From a bacterium (GTDB taxonomy: Bacteria; UBA10199; 2-02-FULL-50-16; JAJFLM01), in NCBI GenBank assembly GCA_965216315.1, contig CBDCFN010000016.1:1-64000 (forward strand): a stretch of DNA of 64,000 nucleotides, read 5' to 3'. Each line of letters begins with the position of its first letter. Positions within the stretch are counted from its first letter, which is position 1. The notes beneath the pieces are model-generated. The model was not told where the DNA came from. It did no database searches and worked only from the letters and a program-made list of their open reading frames with translations. Shown in pieces: positions 22,663 to 32,956 of the stretch. A program made the position numbers and the translations under genes.

Positions 22663-23691
22663 TTGAGTGCGGAGAGCAAGGAAGCGGTATCTGAGTTTCT
22701 TTTGAAGCCGCATTTGAGCTTTCTTAATCGTGCTGGGGCTGACACTCAGCCGTCTTGCATATTTCGAGATAGAAAAATCTCCTTCGAGTAGCCCACGTAA
22801 GATCTCTTGTTCAATGTGTGTAAGGAACGGTTGATCGGAGAGCTGGCGTAAAGCCTCGAGGACGCGTCGGCAATCCAGCCTGCTATCTAATTTCAGCATG
22901 GTGGTGTCAACGGCTGTTTCAAGTGGTTCCATCCTGAGAGGATCGGTCATCGGGACGCGGCCATCACTAGCATGTTTGGGAGCCATGCGGTGCGGATGAT
23001 ATTCATAAAAGATAGTTTGTAAGGTTCTTTCAATGGCTTTGAATTGTGACCATTTGTTTGACCTTGTTGCGTCTGCAAATTTCTGTTCGGCTTGTTGCAG
23101 TAAAGGACTGAGAGCTGCCATCCCGAGGGCGCCTTCGCGAGCAGAATGGTCCCGGGCCTGTTCGCGAAGCGTTTCAAGTCTTCTCTCAAGCTCGCCATGT
23201 TTCAATTTATCTAGCGCCTTTTTTCTGATCCGACGAATCACGCTGGAACTTTCCTGAAAACTTTCGGCAAGCCAGTTGAGTGACTGTTCGACTTCTAATG
23301 GAGAAAGCCCACGGGCACCGAGGCCCAAGAGATATTCGATGGTATGGGCAATATTCCAGTAGCGACTGGCCGTTATTTTATTGGCTCCCTCAGTTCTTTC
23401 CCATTGATCAGCCATCGTGCAGATTTGATTTGCTCGCGTCAGCACGCTTTCCCATTGTTTTCCTGCTAGGCCTGGGTAGCTTTGCAGCCATCTATTTTGA
23501 CGTACAAGAAGATCACTAGCCGTAGAGTTTGTATCTTGTGCCGTGCTCGTTGTAAGAAAAGTACTCGGGCTTAGGGTGAATTGGCCAGGAAGCGGTGTCG
23601 TGCTATCACCATTGGGAATATGAGGGTCGCTGGAGGCGAGTAGGGCCATAGCGGTATTGATCGAAAGAGCATTGAGTGAACTCACAAACAT
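22648..23691 (-). CDS. Orphan protein with S/T/A/L-rich N-terminus and C-terminal sigma-region-4-like HTH
   Basis: 347-aa ORF; C-terminus [45 protein letters not shown]; upstream sigma28-like motif. Confidence 0.7.
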   Translation of the reverse strand: MFVSSLNALSINTAMALLASSDPHIPNGDSTTPLPGQFTLSPSTFLTTSTAQDTNSTASDLLVRQNRWLQSYPGLAGKQWESVLTRANQICTMADQWERTEGANKITASRYWNIAHTIEYLLGLGARGLSPLEVEQSLNWLAESFQESSSVIRRIRKKALDKLKHGELERRLETLREQARDHSAREGALGMAALSPLLQQAEQKFADATRSNKWSQFKAIERTLQTIFYEYHPHRMAPKHASDGRVPMTDPLRMEPLETAVDTTMLKLDSRLDCRRVLEALRQLSDQPFLTHIEQEILRGLLEGDFSISKYARRLSVSPSTIKKAQMRLQKKLRYRFLALRTQLFFV

Positions 23692-23700
23692 GATGCCCCT

Positions 23701-23727
23701 CTATCGGCATGACTATCCTGATGTTGC
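23701..23727 (-). promoter_or_regulatory. Sigma28-like promoter motif, copy 1
   Basis: GCAACATC-N11-GCCGATAG, 9 nt before the ATG at 23691. Confidence 0.7.
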
Positions 23728-23784
23728 GGGTTTACTAATCCTGTCAGTAGGTCTGTATTTGCTTGTTAAGGTCTTATCGCGCCC

Positions 23785-24693
23785 CTACCAGTTAATCAAA
23801 AACCAGCCCCGGTCGGGGTGATAGTAGAGGTTGGTGCTCCAGTAGGGTTCGCCGTAGACCCCACCGTTACCGAAGGAATCGATGACATTGTCACTAGGGA
23901 GCATGGCATTGCGAGGCGCAAGATATCCGAGACTGCGTGCGGACCAATTGAGAGTGTGGTCGTTGTTGGCCGTGCGAATTTGTTTCCGAATCCGATGTAG
24001 GCCTTCGAGTGCCGTGTCACCATATTCTTGGCGAACAGCTGCCTCGACGTGCTTCCAGTTATCCGCCATATACTGGTTTGCAATTTGATCCAGGCTCTGG
24101 GCGTTAGCGGGGATGCGTTCCCGGATGATCACGCCGGACTCGCGGGCCAGTTGCAGGGCCGTTGCATCTTGACGGAGACGAAGATGGGGAATGTCTAGGT
24201 GGTCCAAGACCGCTTCGATGTGGAGCTTGCGGACGGCCTTGATCGTTTGCACGTGGGCGAGCAGAACGTGATCCGGGCCGAGCTCATAGATTTCCGCGGT
24301 GGGCCAACGTTTATTCGCATCGAGGCGCCGACCGATGCGTTCGGGTGCAAGGCGCTTTGATCGAGCAATCTCCTGTACCACGCTTCCTTGAGTCGATGAG
24401 CCATTAAAGAAGTCGCGATTGGTGATCATCTCGCCCCCAAACGGATCCGGGATGTGTGTCTTGTCTGCAAGGACGAGGTCAAAGGAAGCCGGGGCCGTGA
24501 TTTGAGCGAGAGCCGGAGTCCGACCCAAGCGCAGGTCCGTTAAACTAGGTCTGGAAACGGGGATAAAGCGGCTGACCGTGCCAGTTCCGGTAGAAGCACA
24601 AAGCATGGGAGTTGTCAGGGAAGCCGTCAGGGTGGTCTGGCTCAGGGCCGTAATTGTGGAACCGATCATCGCATTTCCTCTCTTACGCCCCAA
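23785..24693 (-). CDS. Orphan protein with S/T/A/L-rich N-terminus, possible degenerate kinase-like fold
   Basis: 302-aa ORF (alternative ATG at 24669); segments LDHLDIPHL, VIIRERIP and NLYYHPDRGWFLINW. Confidence 0.65.
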   Translation of the reverse strand: MGRKRGNAMIGSTITALSQTTLTASLTTPMLCASTGTGTVSRFIPVSRPSLTDLRLGRTPALAQITAPASFDLVLADKTHIPDPFGGEMITNRDFFNGSSTQGSVVQEIARSKRLAPERIGRRLDANKRWPTAEIYELGPDHVLLAHVQTIKAVRKLHIEAVLDHLDIPHLRLRQDATALQLARESGVIIRERIPANAQSLDQIANQYMADNWKHVEAAVRQEYGDTALEGLHRIRKQIRTANNDHTLNWSARSLGYLAPRNAMLPSDNVIDSFGNGGVYGEPYWSTNLYYHPDRGWFLINW

Positions 24694-24705
24694 AACTCCT
24701 AAATA

Positions 24706-24732
24706 TTATCAGCGTAGAATTCGAAATGTTGT
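24706..24732 (-). promoter_or_regulatory. Sigma28-like promoter motif, copy 2
   Basis: ACAACATT-N11-GCTGATAA, followed by AGGAG and the TTG start. Confidence 0.7.
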
Positions 24733-24818
24733 GCGGCGAATTATGCGAATATTTGCAGTGGTGAGGTTAAGGTCATTTTCTTGACTGATGTCCCAAAAAT
24801 GATAACTGAAAGGGTCTG

Positions 24819-25916
24819 ATGACCGATCACGAAGCATACATGCAGCTGGCGTTAGATGCGGCGGCCAAAGGCTTGGGGCGAACGGCACCGAATCCACCGG
24901 TTGGGGCCGTGATCGTCAAGCGCGACAAGGTGGTCGCTACGGGGTATCATCGCAAGGCGGGCGGGCCCCACGCGGAAATCTTAGCGCTGCGCAAGGCCAA
25001 AGGCGCGGCCAAGGGTGCCACCTTGTATGTCAGCCTTGAACCCTGTTCGCACCAGGGCAAGACACCTCCCTGCGTCGAAGCGATTCTGGCGGCCGGTATC
25101 AAGCAAGTGGTCGTCGGCATTAAAGATCCGCACGCCCGCGTCAACGGGAGCGGGATCCGGGAGCTCCGGCGTGAAGGTGTGAAGATAATAGTTGGTGTTC
25201 TCAAAGAGGCCTGCGACATTTTCTATCGTCCTTACCGGGTCTTCATTAAAGAGAAGCGTCCTTTTGTGACCTTGAAGGCGGCGATGTCACTCGATGGAAT
25301 CGTGGCGACGACGAGCGGCGAGTCCCAGTGGTTGACGGGTCGGGAGGTCCGCGACCACGTTCATCAACTCCGCGATCAAGTCGATGCGATCATGGTCGGA
25401 CGTGGGACGGTGGACATTGATGATCCGCGCCTAACGACCCGGCTTCCCGGTAAGAAGAAGGGTCATGATCCGATTCGCATCATTCTCGATAGCCGCCTCC
25501 ATATCTCGCCGGCGGCACGCGTGCTGCGGCTTCGTTCCGAGGCGCCAACCTTATTAGTGGCCACTCACGAAGCGACGCGCATGCGGGAACGTATGTTGAC
25601 CGAGCATGGCGCGGAGGTCATGCGTTGTCGGGCGAATGCGCTGGGTCGCATTGATCTCAAAAGGCTGCTGCGCCAGTTGGCCAAGCGCGGCATCATGCAT
25701 CTATTGGTGGAAGGCGGACCCACCGTCCATTCCCGTTTCGTCCAGCGCGGCCTCGTCGATCGACTCTCCCTCTATATGGCTCCTATCCTCTTGGGAGGCC
25801 ATGGCGAACCGCTGTTAGCGGATCTGAAGATTGCGGGTCTGCGCAAGGCGGTAAAAATCAAGAATTCCTGTGTGCAGCAGCTTGGCAAGGACCTCTGGGT
25901 CGCTGGCGAGTTGTAA
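24819..25916 (+). CDS. ribD: Riboflavin biosynthesis deaminase/reductase
   Basis: PNPPVGAV, HAE, LEPCSH...PPC and LVEGG. Confidence 0.96.
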   Translation: MTDHEAYMQLALDAAAKGLGRTAPNPPVGAVIVKRDKVVATGYHRKAGGPHAEILALRKAKGAAKGATLYVSLEPCSHQGKTPPCVEAILAAGIKQVVVGIKDPHARVNGSGIRELRREGVKIIVGVLKEACDIFYRPYRVFIKEKRPFVTLKAAMSLDGIVATTSGESQWLTGREVRDHVHQLRDQVDAIMVGRGTVDIDDPRLTTRLPGKKKGHDPIRIILDSRLHISPAARVLRLRSEAPTLLVATHEATRMRERMLTEHGAEVMRCRANALGRIDLKRLLRQLAKRGIMHLLVEGGPTVHSRFVQRGLVDRLSLYMAPILLGGHGEPLLADLKIAGLRKAVKIKNSCVQQLGKDLWVAGEL

Positions 25917-26029
25917 GCCGCCTCCGTAATAAGGTCTTTTTTGCGCTTTTTTTGCCTGCCCGGCGAATATCTGGCATAATCAATAGATGACGCAACTCGT
26001 TGGCGTCGCAGCGACGATACATTATTAGT

Positions 26030-28690
26030 ATGAAGAGGTATGCCCTGAAAGTGCGCCGAATTCTTAATGTTTTTGCAATAGGCCTGTTGCTGGGCTTCAC
26101 CGCTTGCAGTGGTGGAGGCGGCAGTTCTGATTCCGGCACCATGGATCGCCTCGAGGGGCAGTGGATCAGTCAAAACGTCAATGCCAACGGCGAGAATACC
26201 CGTGTGACCTTTACGAAGGATGAAGCCTTCAAGGTGGAGGCCTACAAAGTTGCGGGGGGAGCCGTCCAAACCGCCTTGCTCGACCAAGGTTCCTTTAGGG
26301 CCCAGCCGGGGACGATCGACTTTCAATTCAATAATGGCACTCAGGTGACGAGTGTCCTGACCTTCGTGCATGATAACCAAATTATGATCGACGACATGAC
26401 CCTGCTGCGCGCGAACCCGGACGGGACGATTGCCGGCGGGACGATCTCCGGACAGATTCTTATCAATGACGGTTCCGACGAGAGTGCCAGTAGCACGGCC
26501 TCGATTGCAAGTTCGATGCAGGGACTTTCGATCAGCGAAGACCCGCCAGAGGAAGCGCCAGAGGAAGCGTCCGCTGCCAAGCAGGTGAAGAGAAAACCGC
26601 TGATCGTCAGGCGTGCGAAGATTCGTGACTATGCTACTATTCATGTCCTTTATAAAGACGGTCGAAGAGAGAGAATTCACCTGGAAAAAGCACCTGACTT
26701 GGTTGAAAGCGTAAACGCAGCGAAAAATGTTGAGCAACGTTTTCAGGCGCTGTCGACTGTGCGTAAAGATCTCGAAGAAAGAGCGGATGAAAAATTTGAG
26801 CTGTATAAGAATGATCCTAATGTGAAGCACGTTTACAAGTCTTCAAAGGATCTTAATCGCATGAAGGTCCAGAGCATTATGGTTCCCAATGACCCGTCTT
26901 ATGACCGGCAATGGGGCATGCGTTCGGTCAACGCCCCGGGGGCGTGGGCCATCTTGGACAATGTTACCCTGAGCGACGGGACCGTGGCTGTCATCGATAC
27001 CGGCAAGGGTCAAAATGATGATGATTTGCCGGCAACGATCTTTGCCGATGGTTGGGACTTTATCAGTAACAGCGGCACTGATGCGAATCTTTCCTTGGAT
27101 GGCAACAATGAAGACAGTGACGAAACCGATCCCGGCGACAATGCGGGCGGGCCCGGTGTGCATAGCTGGCACGGCACGCACGTAACGGGGATCATTGCAG
27201 CGGAGCGCAACAACGACAGCGGGATCGCCGGTGTCAATAAAAAGGCGAAGGTGATGCACGTTCGCGTGATGGGAAATCAGGGCTTCGGTGACTTTCCGGA
27301 CATCGCGAACGGGATTCGTTATGCCGCCGGCCTGATTGACAGCACAGGCGCGGTGGCGAACATTGATCCGCCGCCGGCGAAGGTGATTAACTTAAGTATC
27401 GGCTGCGTTATTTTAGATGATTCATTTACGGGTGATGTCCCGGAAGGAACCCCGACCTGTGAGGCGACGGCCCTCGAACCGGTCAAGACTGCGATCGAAG
27501 ATGCGATTGCCAAAGGCGTGATTGTCGTGGCGGCAGCCGGTAACTGCGTATTTTATCCGACCGGGTGTGACCTTCCATTTTATCCGGCAAATTATCCCGA
27601 TGTTATTTCGGTGGGTGGCTTAACGAGTCACGGCAGTTTTGCCGCGGATTTTTCGCATTATGGAGCCAACCAGTTTTTAACGGCGCCGTCCGGGAGTCTC
27701 GAACCTTCATCGACGGAGGACAATGCGTACTTGGGATCCGAGACGCAGGTCTATAGCACCGTGTATAACGGCTGGGCCCCGTTGGCGGGCACAAGTCAAG
27801 CCGCTCCTTTCGTGACCGGGGCGATCAGTGCGATGCTGTCGATTGATGGGACTTTAACCGCAGCCCAGATCAAAACAATTTTGGAAAATACGGCGCTCGA
27901 CATGGGAGAGACGGGCCAGGATGATAAGTATGGCCACGGTGTGCTCAATATCGGTGCCGCCGTGGAGCAAGTGGCGACGGATGCGGGCAAGGATTTAAGC
28001 GGCGTCGATGCGGCCGCGTTGATGGTCAGTCATAACAACCTCAACTATGGTCAGGTCAAAGATCAGAAGACCGTGTTCCTTCACAAGGTCGGGACCGGGG
28101 CCTTGACCGGACTTGATGCGACGAAATCCGCGCCTTGGATTTCCGAAGTCGATCTCAGTGATACCGCGGCACCGGCGACGTTGACGATCAAGGTAGATCG
28201 TTCCGGGTTGGAGCCGGGGAGCTATTCATCGACGGTGAGCGTGACTTCCTCGAATGGGAGTGAAGACATTGAAGTGTCCATTTCGGTGGCGGCGCCGGAT
28301 CCGGAATCCTCATCACTTCCCAGTGGTTCGTCCGGTGGGACCGAGGGAACGGATTCTTTTGATGAATGGCTCGAACAGGTTGACGATATTTTCGGCAAGG
28401 TCAATACCAAGGATACCGGCGAGCTGATTGTGCTCTTGATCAACGCGGATACGAATAAACCTTACACGGGAGTCCGTACCGATTTTGGCGCTGATTATCG
28501 CTTCTATTTCGGAGCGCTTCCGGATGGCAATTATTGGGTTCTGGTCGGCAAGCGGACACCCAGCGACCAGATCTGCGATATGGTCAACTACCCGGATTAC
28601 CCCTGTAGTTCCTATCCGACCTACGATAGTCCCCAGAAATATACCATTCAGGGCGCGACTGTTGTCGACAACGTCATTGTTGGGCTCTAA
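26030..28690 (+). CDS. Lipoprotein S8 subtilisin-like serine peptidase with a BACON-like beta-rich C-terminal region
   Basis: Lipobox FTAC; catalytic triad VAVIDTG / HGTHVTG / AGTSQAAP. Confidence 0.9.
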   Translation: MKRYALKVRRILNVFAIGLLLGFTACSGGGGSSDSGTMDRLEGQWISQNVNANGENTRVTFTKDEAFKVEAYKVAGGAVQTALLDQGSFRAQPGTIDFQFNNGTQVTSVLTFVHDNQIMIDDMTLLRANPDGTIAGGTISGQILINDGSDESASSTASIASSMQGLSISEDPPEEAPEEASAAKQVKRKPLIVRRAKIRDYATIHVLYKDGRRERIHLEKAPDLVESVNAAKNVEQRFQALSTVRKDLEERADEKFELYKNDPNVKHVYKSSKDLNRMKVQSIMVPNDPSYDRQWGMRSVNAPGAWAILDNVTLSDGTVAVIDTGKGQNDDDLPATIFADGWDFISNSGTDANLSLDGNNEDSDETDPGDNAGGPGVHSWHGTHVTGIIAAERNNDSGIAGVNKKAKVMHVRVMGNQGFGDFPDIANGIRYAAGLIDSTGAVANIDPPPAKVINLSIGCVILDDSFTGDVPEGTPTCEATALEPVKTAIEDAIAKGVIVVAAAGNCVFYPTGCDLPFYPANYPDVISVGGLTSHGSFAADFSHYGANQFLTAPSGSLEPSSTEDNAYLGSETQVYSTVYNGWAPLAGTSQAAPFVTGAISAMLSIDGTLTAAQIKTILENTALDMGETGQDDKYGHGVLNIGAAVEQVATDAGKDLSGVDAAALMVSHNNLNYGQVKDQKTVFLHKVGTGALTGLDATKSAPWISEVDLSDTAAPATLTIKVDRSGLEPGSYSSTVSVTSSNGSEDIEVSISVAAPDPESSSLPSGSSGGTEGTDSFDEWLEQVDDIFGKVNTKDTGELIVLLINADTNKPYTGVRTDFGADYRFYFGALPDGNYWVLVGKRTPSDQICDMVNYPDYPCSSYPTYDSPQKYTIQGATVVDNVIVGL

Positions 28691-28735
28691 TGACCCGATA
28701 TTGACGCCTTTCCTTTCATCCTCTACACATAGACT

Positions 28736-29359
28736 ATGTTTACAGGCATTGTCGCCGGGACCGGCCTCATTCAATCCATTGAGGAGCAGAATAGCTGTCA
28801 TCGCGTGACCCTCTCGACGGATCTCGACCTCAGTGACGGTTCGATCGGGGAGAGCATTGCGGTCAATGGGTGCTGTCTGACTGTCGTTGAATTTGTCGAG
28901 GCGGGTTTTAAGGTGGATGTCGCACAAGAGAGTCTCAATGTGACGACGCTGGGTCAGTTGCAGCCGGGCAGCGAGGTCAATTTGGAGCGGGCCATGCGCC
29001 TGACCGACCGCCTGGGAGGGCACTGGGTTCAGGGGCATGTCGATGGCATCGGGTCGTTGCTGAAACGGGAACCTGCCTCGCGGCAAGGCGGGCCGGCGGC
29101 TGAAGGCGAGCTCTGGGTGATTCGTTTTCCTGCCGAATTACGGCGTTATCTGGTGAAAAAGGGTTCGATTACGGTAGATGGTGTCAGTTTGACACTCAAT
29201 GAGGTAGCGGACGACACATTCGAAATATTCCTGATTCCGCATACCTTAGAAGTGACCAATCTCGGCGCTCGAAAGCCGGGAGACGCCCTGAATCTCGAAG
29301 TTGACATCCTCGGGAAGTATATAGAGACTTTGCTAACTAAAAGCACAGCTTCTAGTTAG
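28736..29359 (+). CDS. ribE: Riboflavin synthase
   Basis: MFTGIV, VNGCCLTV, VNLERA and GSITVDGVSLT. Confidence 0.96.
   Translation: MFTGIVAGTGLIQSIEEQNSCHRVTLSTDLDLSDGSIGESIAVNGCCLTVVEFVEAGFKVDVAQESLNVTTLGQLQPGSEVNLERAMRLTDRLGGHWVQGHVDGIGSLLKREPASRQGGPAAEGELWVIRFPAELRRYLVKKGSITVDGVSLTLNEVADDTFEIFLIPHTLEVTNLGARKPGDALNLEVDILGKYIETLLTKSTASS
29072..29092. repeat. 21-bp palindromic element inserted in frame in ribE (encodes PASRQGG)
   Basis: cctgcctcgcggcaaggcggg; its reverse complement matches the intergenic element at 12813-12833 at 18/21 positions. Confidence 0.75.
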
Positions 29360-29471
29360 CCATAGTCATGGGGAAGAAAAACTCTCTCCCCCCTGACAAC
29401 CCCCCATCGTGGGATTCCAGGCTGTAGCAACATTTGCTGTTTTAGACCGATCTGGGGTAAGGAGATGCAGT

Positions 29472-30698
29472 ATGCCTATTCTGGAAATTGATGAAGCGAT
29501 TCAGCGGGTCAAAAAAGCCATTGCCGAGGTCCAGGCGGGCCGCATGGTGGTGATGGTTGATGATGCGGATCGTGAGAATGAAGGCGACCTCGTCATGGTT
29601 GCCGAAAAAGTCACGCCGGAAGCGATCAATTTTATGGCCCGGTATGGACGCGGTTTGATATGCCTTTCACTCTCCGAAGACCTGTGTGATCGGCTTCACC
29701 TTCCCTTGATGACCCAGGACAATACAGCGAGTCACGGGACCAATTTTACTATTTCGATTGATGCGCGTGAGGGAACAAGTACGGGAATTTCCGCGAGTGA
29801 TCGCGCGACGACGATACTTAAGGCGATTGCCGATAATGCGCAGCCCACTGACTTTAGTCGGCCGGGGCATATCTTTCCGCTGAGGGCTCAGAGTGCCGGT
29901 GTGCTGGTACGCAGTGGGCACACCGAAGGTTCGATTGATCTCGCCCGTATGGCCGAGTTTAAATCGGCTGCGGTCATCTGTGAGATCATGAACGAAGATG
30001 GTTCGATGGCGCGTATGGGAGATCTGGAAAAGTTCGCGAAACAACACGACCTGATGATCGTTACGATTGCGGACCTGATTAAGTATCGTACCCGTTATGA
30101 AACTTTAATTAATCGTGCCGCCGAGGCAAAGCTACCTTCTTCTTATGGTGATGATTTCAGGATCATGGCTTATGAAAATGATGTTGATGACCGGACTCAT
30201 GTGGCTTTAGTGAAAGGCGAAGTGGATCCGGAGAAACCTGTCTTAGTTCGAGTCCATTCCGAGTGTTTGACCGGAGACGCCTTTGCATCTTTAAGATGTG
30301 ATTGTGGCACGCAATTGCACGGCGCTTTGGAAGCGATCGCGCAGGCGGAAAGCGGTGTCTTTCTTTATATTCGCCAAGAAGGTCGCGGGATTGGACTCCT
30401 CAATAAAATTAAGGCCTATGCGCTGCAAGATGAAGGCTATGATACGGTGGAGGCCAATGAAAAATTGGGTTTTGGTGCGGACCTGCGTCACTATGGGATT
30501 GGTGCCCAGATCCTCGTTGATCTCGGAGTTCGAAAGATACGGTTGCTGAGTAACAATCCTCGCAAGATAGTCGGCCTGGAGGGTTATGGTCTCGAGGTTG
30601 TTGAACGTGTTCCCATCGAGAGCCATCCGAATGAGGCCAATCGTGAGTACCTTCGCGTAAAGAGAGAGAAACTTGGTCACCTCCTCACCAAAATCTAA
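29472..30698 (+). CDS. ribBA: Bifunctional DHBP synthase / GTP cyclohydrolase II
   Basis: [25 protein letters not shown]...RCDCG and QEGRGIG. Confidence 0.96.
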   Translation: MPILEIDEAIQRVKKAIAEVQAGRMVVMVDDADRENEGDLVMVAEKVTPEAINFMARYGRGLICLSLSEDLCDRLHLPLMTQDNTASHGTNFTISIDAREGTSTGISASDRATTILKAIADNAQPTDFSRPGHIFPLRAQSAGVLVRSGHTEGSIDLARMAEFKSAAVICEIMNEDGSMARMGDLEKFAKQHDLMIVTIADLIKYRTRYETLINRAAEAKLPSSYGDDFRIMAYENDVDDRTHVALVKGEVDPEKPVLVRVHSECLTGDAFASLRCDCGTQLHGALEAIAQAESGVFLYIRQEGRGIGLLNKIKAYALQDEGYDTVEANEKLGFGADLRHYGIGAQILVDLGVRKIRLLSNNPRKIVGLEGYGLEVVERVPIESHPNEANREYLRVKREKLGHLLTKI

Positions 30699-31161
30699 AC
30701 AAAGCTTGCCTTCGGGCGCCGGTAAGAAAATTGCCGTCGTTGTCAGTCGGTTTAATGAGAGTATTTGTGAACAACTCTTGCAGGGCGCCCGTGAGGCCTT
30801 GAATGAGTGTGGCGTGGCTGCGGAAGATATTGAGGTCTATCGTGTTCCTGGTGCCTTTGAACTCCCTTTAGCCGTACAGGCGTTGGCCAATCGTGAAGAG
30901 TATGATGCGGCGGTAGCTTTGGGAGTGGTCATTCGTGGTGAAACCTCCCATTATGACTTTGTAGCCGGTGAGGCGTCGCGAGGGATTCAAGATGTCATTT
31001 TAAAGACGGGACTTCCGACGGGGTTTGGCTTGTTGACGACGGAAAATGTAGAGCAAGCCGAAGCGCGCGCTGGAGGGGTGCATGGTAACAAGGGTTATGA
31101 TGCGGCTGTCGTAGCCCTGGAGATGACCGCGCTGCTCGACGCTATTGAGAAGAAGGTATAA
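30673..31161 (+). CDS. ribH: 6,7-dimethyl-8-ribityllumazine synthase
   Basis: [13 protein letters not shown] and [12 protein letters not shown]. Confidence 0.95.
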   Translation: MVTSSPKSKQSLPSGAGKKIAVVVSRFNESICEQLLQGAREALNECGVAAEDIEVYRVPGAFELPLAVQALANREEYDAAVALGVVIRGETSHYDFVAGEASRGIQDVILKTGLPTGFGLLTTENVEQAEARAGGVHGNKGYDAAVVALEMTALLDAIEKKV

Positions 31162-31575
31162 ATGATGGGAAAGCGACGTCAGGCTCGGGAATGCGCCTTG
31201 CAGATTTTATTTCAACATGACTTTCGCGAGATTGAACCGCGCGCGGCAACGCAACTCTATTGGAAAGATCACGAGGCCTCTGAAGAAATCAAAGATTTTG
31301 CAGAGAAACTCGTTGAAGGTGTATGGCGGAATCGCTCTGAGATCGATGCCTTGTTGACAAAAAATTCAACGAATTGGCGCCTTGATAGAATGCCCGCAGT
31401 CGATCGGAATATATTGCGGATTGCGACCTACGAACTTCTATTTGAGCGGGATATCGCGGCGAGTGTTTCGCTCAATGAGGCGATTGAGATCGCTAAAGCT
31501 TATGGTTCGGAAGAATCAGGTTCTTTTGTCAATGGGGTCCTCGATCCCATCGCGCGTTCACTCGCAAAGGAATGA
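31162..31575 (+). CDS. nusB: Transcription antitermination factor NusB
   Basis: RRQARECALQ, DRNILR, NEAIEIAK and FVNGVLD. Confidence 0.96.
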   Translation: MMGKRRQARECALQILFQHDFREIEPRAATQLYWKDHEASEEIKDFAEKLVEGVWRNRSEIDALLTKNSTNWRLDRMPAVDRNILRIATYELLFERDIAASVSLNEAIEIAKAYGSEESGSFVNGVLDPIARSLAKE

Positions 31576-32114
31576 TGATGAAAGTGACTCTCTTGCATAA
31601 GGCCTTTGATTGTATCCCCAGTCCGTTAGCGACGTTGCCTTTCTTTGCCGATACGCGGCCCTTGCGGGAGGCCATGGGTGTTGTCGATTGGCGCCTGAAT
31701 GGCCGCCTTTCTCAGTTCATTGAGGAAGAGCGGGTGGAAGGAGAAATGGGTGAGGCGCTGTTTGTCCCGACTAACGGAAGAATTCGTGCGGATACCTTGA
31801 TTCTATATGGACTGGGTGAACGCGCGAAATGGGATCCAAAAAAAGCGGAGTCTAATTTTATTCCTTGGATTGAAAAGTTGGTACATCTCAATAAAGAACG
31901 TTGGTTAGTCTCGCTTTCGGGGCTGACGGATGATTTCCTCAGTTGGCGTCATGCCGTTCGTTCATTTGTCCATGTTGCGGTTGCCAGTGAAAAGCCCGCA
32001 TGCCGGCATCTATTTATGTCTGAACGCGATGACTGGGTTTTGGAGGCGAAGAAACGGCATATGGACTTCGGAAGCGAAGTGAAGTTGAACTTTGATTTAA
32101 GTCCAGTGACTTAG
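31572..32114 (+). CDS. Stand-alone M17 peptidase N-terminal-domain-like protein
   Basis: RPLREAMGVVDWRLNGRLS...GE..F......LILYGLG pattern. Confidence 0.65.
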   Translation: MMMKVTLLHKAFDCIPSPLATLPFFADTRPLREAMGVVDWRLNGRLSQFIEEERVEGEMGEALFVPTNGRIRADTLILYGLGERAKWDPKKAESNFIPWIEKLVHLNKERWLVSLSGLTDDFLSWRHAVRSFVHVAVASEKPACRHLFMSERDDWVLEAKKRHMDFGSEVKLNFDLSPVT

Positions 32115-32123
32115 GAGGCTATT

Positions 32124-32939
32124 TTGGGTTCGATTGCAAAAAATATTATTGCTGTTGGCAGCGGTAAGGGCGGCGTTGGTAAATCAACCGTCGCTGCCAA
32201 TTTGGCCTTGGCTCTGAAGGCGGAAGGCGCGAGCGTCGCATTCTTGGATGCGGATCTCTATGGCCCTTCGGCGCCGACGATGTTCGGTATTGTCGATGAA
32301 AAACCAAAAGTCGGCGCCGAACAGTCGATCGTTCCAATCGAAAAATACGGCATGAAACTGATGTCGATCGGTTTTTTAGTTCCCGATGAAGAGGCTGTGA
32401 TCTGGCGCGGGCCGATGTTGGGCAAAATGCTTCAGCAGTTTCTGCTGCAGGTCCAGTGGGGAGAGCCGGATTATCTGGTCATCGATTTGCCGCCGGGAAC
32501 GGGAGATATTCAATTATCGCTGGCCCAACTTATTCCGGTGAATGCAGCGATCGTCGTGACGACGCCGCAGGATGTCGCTTTAGCCGACGTGCGTCGCTCT
32601 ATCAAGATGTTCGAGAAAACGAATGTTCCCATTCTCGGTGTGATTGAGAATATGAGCTACTTTGAAGCCCCGGATACCAAGGCGCGCTACCACATTTTTG
32701 GTGGTGGTGCCGATAAGGAAAAGATTAAGGCCTTGGGAACCCAGATTATCGGTGAGTTGCCTTTGGAAATTGCGACGCGCGAGGCGGCCGATAGTGGAGA
32801 GCCGATTCTCGTCCGTGATCCCGATGGTGAGCAGGCGCAACGCTTCCGGGCCATTGCGGCCCGCATTATCAGTGAGCGTGCGAGTGGCGGCTCCGGTGGT
32901 GGCCTCGAGCTTCCTGATGTCAGTGACGCCTATAAATAA
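32124..32939 (+). CDS. apbC: Mrp/NBP35 (ApbC) Fe-S cluster carrier ATPase
   Basis: SGKGGVGKST, WRGPML, DLPPGTGD and ENMS. Confidence 0.92.
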   Translation: MGSIAKNIIAVGSGKGGVGKSTVAANLALALKAEGASVAFLDADLYGPSAPTMFGIVDEKPKVGAEQSIVPIEKYGMKLMSIGFLVPDEEAVIWRGPMLGKMLQQFLLQVQWGEPDYLVIDLPPGTGDIQLSLAQLIPVNAAIVVTTPQDVALADVRRSIKMFEKTNVPILGVIENMSYFEAPDTKARYHIFGGGADKEKIKALGTQIIGELPLEIATREAADSGEPILVRDPDGEQAQRFRAIAARIISERASGGSGGGLELPDVSDAYK

Positions 32940-32956
32940 GGGCGCAGCGCCCCTAC
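32938..32956 (-). repeat. Short GTAG-type REP-like palindrome overlapping the stop codons of two convergent genes
   Basis: Reverse complement gtaggggcgctgcgccctt; its TAG is the stop of the 32953 ORF. Confidence 0.55.

Noticed and set aside
24733..24818. FMN riboswitch upstream of ribD
   Set aside because: The region is too short and has no RFN consensus; none seen before ribE or ribBA either.
25972..25987. Sigma54 promoter upstream of the S8 peptidase (tggcataatcaataga)
   Set aside because: The -12 GC is missing.
25772..26830. 352-aa - strand ORF
   Set aside because: Antisense to ribD and the S8 peptidase.
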